Source: an uncultured Erysipelotrichaceae bacterium
Lineage (GTDB): Bacteria > Bacillota_I > Bacilli_A > RF39 > UBA660
Length of the DNA stretch: 64,000 nt
Reading direction: 5' to 3'
NCBI GenBank assembly: GCA_902778125.1
Contig: CACYWH010000002.1
Location: forward strand, 68,075 to 132,074
This document shows, in pieces, positions 60,669-64,000 of this stretch (the stretch's first letter is position 1; every line of letters begins with the position of its first letter). The notes beneath the pieces were generated by a model, which was given only the letters and a program-made list of their open reading frames with translations, searched no databases and was not told where the DNA came from. The translations under genes were made by a program, and so were the position numbers.

Positions 60669-61730
60669 CTACTTCACCACAAGTTTAACAATGTCATTAA
60701 ATGTTACATATAACATTAATAATATCATAAGTCCAAAACCAATATAATTTATTATTAGTTCTACTTTTTCACTAGATTTATGTTTTGTAACTTTTTCTAT
60801 AATTAATAATAAAATTCTACCACCATCAAATACTGGTACAGGTAAAAGATTCATGATAGCAACATTTATACTTAAATATGCTGTCAAATATATAATTGTT
60901 TCTAAACCATAATGTTTAACATCATCAACTATACTATAAATTCCTACTGGCCCACTTAAACTTTTTAGTGATACCTGTCCAGTAAATAAGGAACCTAAAA
61001 TTTTTAATATAGTTTTCGAAGTATCATAAAATCCTATAACACTATATTTTAAAGCATTGACAAAACCTTTATGATATACAGTTCCAACTGCTTCTATTCC
61101 AAAACGTGTAACTTCTTGTTTTTTAACAACAACTATTTCAGGAACCAAATTATAATCAACTACTCTACCATCAGTTTTTGATACTGTAAGTACATAATTA
61201 TCTTTTATTTTCTTGCCAGATGCTTCTAGTAAAAAATCATCCCAAGATTTTATTGAAACACCATTAACTTTAAGAATTCTATCACCTGCTTCTATACCAG
61301 CTATTTGAGCAGCCTTTCCTTCAACAACACTTTTTACGATTGGTTCTTCTACTGGCATACCATATGCTAATCCACTTATAAAGAATAAAATAATAGCAAG
61401 CACACAATTCATAAATATACCAGCTATTAAAACCATAAATTGTCTTAAAAAGCTTTTGTTTTCAAGAACCCTTTCTTTTTTTATAGTTTTATTATCAGGA
61501 TCAACTTTTTCTGCCATAGATACGAATCCACCAATTGGGAATAATCTTAAGCAATAAGTTGTTTCACTTTTCTTAGGCTTATATTTTAATAATGTTGGCC
61601 CCATACCCATAGAAAATTCATCAACATATACACCACTTTTTTTAGCAGTAATGAAATGTCCAAATTCATGAATACAAATAATCAAACTAAGCATTACTAT
61701 TAAAATTAGAATTGTAATAATAAAATTCAT
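60669..61730 (-). CDS. rseP: Site-2 zinc metalloprotease RseP/RasP with PDZ domain
   Basis: HEFGHF zinc motif in TM1. PDZ (GKAAQIAGIEAGDRILKVNG). LDGG motif region near the C-terminus. Confidence 0.8.
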   Translation of the reverse strand: MNFIITILILIVMLSLIICIHEFGHFITAKKSGVYVDEFSMGMGPTLLKYKPKKSETTYCLRLFPIGGFVSMAEKVDPDNKTIKKERVLENKSFLRQFMVLIAGIFMNCVLAIILFFISGLAYGMPVEEPIVKSVVEGKAAQIAGIEAGDRILKVNGVSIKSWDDFLLEASGKKIKDNYVLTVSKTDGRVVDYNLVPEIVVVKKQEVTRFGIEAVGTVYHKGFVNALKYSVIGFYDTSKTILKILGSLFTGQVSLKSLSGPVGIYSIVDDVKHYGLETIIYLTAYLSINVAIMNLLPVPVFDGGRILLLIIEKVTKHKSSEKVELIINYIGFGLMILLMLYVTFNDIVKLVVK

Positions 61731-61749
61731 GTTTAAACCTCCTAGTTAA

Positions 61750-62556
61750 TTATATTAAACTTTGAAAAAACAATACAAATGCTAACATAGCAAAAATCAA
61801 ACTATCTAACCTATCTAATACTCCACCATGTCCTGGCATAATGTTTCCATAATCTTTAACACCATATTTTCTCTTAATAGAAGAAAATACTAAATCACCA
61901 AATTGTGCAACTATTGATAAGAACATTGTCATAATTATAACTAGAATCACATTTATTTCTGTATTTATTACAGTCACATAATATGTAGTAGCAATAAATG
62001 TTCCAAGTAAAGTACCACCAATCATACCTTCGATTGTCTTATTTGGAGATATGGTTGGACATAACTTATTTTTACCAATTTTTGTTCCAAAGAAGTGTGC
62101 AAATGTATCAGTCATTATAGTTATTAACAATAAATATATTAAATAATGAATACTACTATTCCTTAGTATTATCAAATAACTAAATGAAATTCCTAAAAAT
62201 AATGTGATTGCTAATAAATGAAATGCATCATCAGAATTATATTTTTTATTATCAATTACTAGTAATGGCAATAAATTAACAAGCAAACTTGTAACTATTA
62301 CTCTATAATCAATTTGTGCACTACTAGATTTATATGTTGAAATAAGAATAAATATAAAGCAAGTCATTGATAAAGCTTTTACTACTCTTGGTATTTCTTT
62401 CTCATTGCTTTTTAATGTCAACAATTCATTAAATCCAATAATTCCAATTATAGTAGCTCCAACAAAAAATAAATTTCCACCAACTATAAGTATTGGTATA
62501 ACTATTATTAGTGCAACTACTGCACTTATTATTCTTACTTTTAAATCATTCTTCAT
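61750..62556 (-). CDS. cdsA: Phosphatidate cytidylyltransferase
   Basis: C-terminal signature [27 protein letters not shown]. cdsA-rseP adjacency as in Bacillus. Confidence 0.85.
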   Translation of the reverse strand: MKNDLKVRIISAVVALIIVIPILIVGGNLFFVGATIIGIIGFNELLTLKSNEKEIPRVVKALSMTCFIFILISTYKSSSAQIDYRVIVTSLLVNLLPLLVIDNKKYNSDDAFHLLAITLFLGISFSYLIILRNSSIHYLIYLLLITIMTDTFAHFFGTKIGKNKLCPTISPNKTIEGMIGGTLLGTFIATTYYVTVINTEINVILVIIMTMFLSIVAQFGDLVFSSIKRKYGVKDYGNIMPGHGGVLDRLDSLIFAMLAFVLFFQSLI

Positions 62557-62655
62557 AAAAATACACCATAACAATTATAACACGATGAAGTTTATTAAAC
62601 AAGTTAAACATTTTTTACATCTTTAAATTATGTTTATTTTATCATATAATATTTA

Positions 62656-63312
62656 TTGGTGAAGAAAATGAAAAAGATTTTATTATTTATATTTGTAAGT
62701 TTATTTGCTATAAACATTAATGCAACAGATTATAAGTATTTTAATATAAATATTCCTGATGATTTTGAGCTTAAAGAACAAAAGGATAATATATATGAAT
62801 GGGTTTTAAAAGAAAACAATCATAATACATTAGTCATAACAATTGCAGGAAATGATGGAAATAAAAATAATATTTCCAAATATACTGATGAAAATATTCA
62901 AAAGTATAAAGAATACATACAAAACGAATATGATAAAGCTTTAAAAGAATATAATTTGAAAATCGAAATTAACAATTTGAAGAAAGAAAAAGTAAATGAT
63001 ATGGATGCTCTTGTATACGATATAACTTGGCCAACAAAAGATTCAATTGGATATAATACATATCAAAAAGGAATTACATTTACAACTTCTAAATATGTTT
63101 ATGTATATGTTTGGACACAAGATACACCAATAGATGTTAATAATGAAACTTATAAAAATATATTAAATAGTTTAAAATTAAATGATGAAGTTATAAAAGA
63201 TAAAGGTTTATTAAATACTGAAAGAAAAAGAATAATATTTGTTGGAACAATAGCTGGAATTATAGGTTATATTATTTCAGCATTAAAAAGACGTAAAGTT
63301 AAAAAAGTATAA
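62656..63312 (+). CDS. Secreted protein with C-terminal TM anchor, unknown function
   Basis: Signal peptide MKKILLFIFVSLFAININA. C-terminal IIFVGTIAGIIGYIISAL plus a basic tail. Confidence 0.4.
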   Translation: MVKKMKKILLFIFVSLFAININATDYKYFNINIPDDFELKEQKDNIYEWVLKENNHNTLVITIAGNDGNKNNISKYTDENIQKYKEYIQNEYDKALKEYNLKIEINNLKKEKVNDMDALVYDITWPTKDSIGYNTYQKGITFTTSKYVYVYVWTQDTPIDVNNETYKNILNSLKLNDEVIKDKGLLNTERKRIIFVGTIAGIIGYIISALKRRKVKKV

Positions 63313-63327
63313 TTAAATTATACTTTT

Positions 63328-63972
63328 TTATATACATAAATTATTTTTCATTTTAGTTAATATTAACTTTTCTTCTCTAGAAACTTTTACTTGAGATATA
63401 CCCATAGCTTCAGCGGTCTCACTCTGAGTTCTTCCTTCAAAATATCTAAAATGAATGATAGATTTATCAAAATCATTTAAATTATCTATTTCATTACTTA
63501 TTAATATTTTGTCATCAATCAAGTTTCTTGTATCTTCACCATAATTAAACATGTCATCATCAATACTCTTAGCAAATGAGGCCATTTCAAGTATATTTAA
63601 TAATGTCATTTCATCTATTTGCATATATTCGCAAACTTCTTTAAAAGATACTTCCCTACTATACTTGTTTGTTAATAACTTCTTTATTGATAAATATTTT
63701 TTTGATAAAGAAACATATTCATCACTAACTTTTATGCTTCTATCTTCACTAATACATTTTATTATTTCTCCAAGTACATATTTATATGCATATGTAGAAA
63801 ACTTAATCCCAGCATTTGGATTATAATTATTGCTGGCTTTTATAATTCCTATAACCCCTGCTTGGTATAAATCCTCTTTGCTATACGTACTATATTTTTT
63901 TATTAATGAAAGAATAATCCATTCATTTTCCTTAATTAATTGTTCATAATCCATGTTTTGTTTATCCCTCAT
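63328..63972 (-). CDS. Sporulation-type sigma factor of the SigF/SigG/SigB group (SigF-like)
   Basis: Region 2-4 similarity: DLYQAGVIGIIKA, FSTYAYKYVLGEI, GISQVKVSREEKLIL (compare B. subtilis SigF GISQVQVSRLEKKIL). The upstream gene would lie beyond the window. Confidence 0.6.
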   Translation of the reverse strand: MRDKQNMDYEQLIKENEWIILSLIKKYSTYSKEDLYQAGVIGIIKASNNYNPNAGIKFSTYAYKYVLGEIIKCISEDRSIKVSDEYVSLSKKYLSIKKLLTNKYSREVSFKEVCEYMQIDEMTLLNILEMASFAKSIDDDMFNYGEDTRNLIDDKILISNEIDNLNDFDKSIIHFRYFEGRTQSETAEAMGISQVKVSREEKLILTKMKNNLCI

Positions 63973-64000
63973 TTTCTTTTGATAAAAAAAGTTTATAACA

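Overview
This is a strongly AT-rich, Firmicutes/Clostridia-like chromosomal segment from an endospore-forming organism. About 85% of genes lie on the minus strand. The content is largely core housekeeping with conserved synteny.

Main blocks, left to right:
- Rrf2-iscS-iscU-thioredoxin-like operon
- rsmE-mtaB
- infC-rpmI-rplT, where rplT carries a C-terminal extension
- archaeal-type proS behind a T-box leader
- T-box-pheS-pheT
- a second, bacterial-type proS tightly coupled to a type IV pilin gene
- a divergent GspE/PilB-like ATPase
- SpoVD/FtsI-like PBP, lexA, rhomboid, rluD, lspA
- spoIIGA-sigE and sigG, separated by two large membrane/secreted protein genes
- murB, rpsD, folD, cyclophilin, trmK-sigA-dnaG, cdaA-cdaR
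- SPFH/band-7 plus DUF853 HerA-like ATPase pair, spoVS, AI-2E transporter, recD2, yfhO
- tRNA-Arg(CCT), rseP, cdsA, and a SigF-like sigma factor at the right edge

The left edge ends inside the N-terminal domain of a serine recombinase.

Items that stand out:
- A ~90-nt promoter/leader module is duplicated upstream of the rrf2-isc operon and upstream of the gene pair ending in the recombinase.
- An orphan 5' half of a tRNA sits just before a terminator.
- There is a pilin-ProRS-secreted-protein operon with a platform-less PilB-like ATPase.
- The murB-spoIIGA-sigE-sigG neighbourhood is interrupted: ftsA/ftsZ are absent, and novel genes sit at both insertion points.
- A condensation-domain-like acyltransferase is paired with a zinc-ribbon membrane protein.

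No CRISPR array, rRNA gene or complete transposon was seen.
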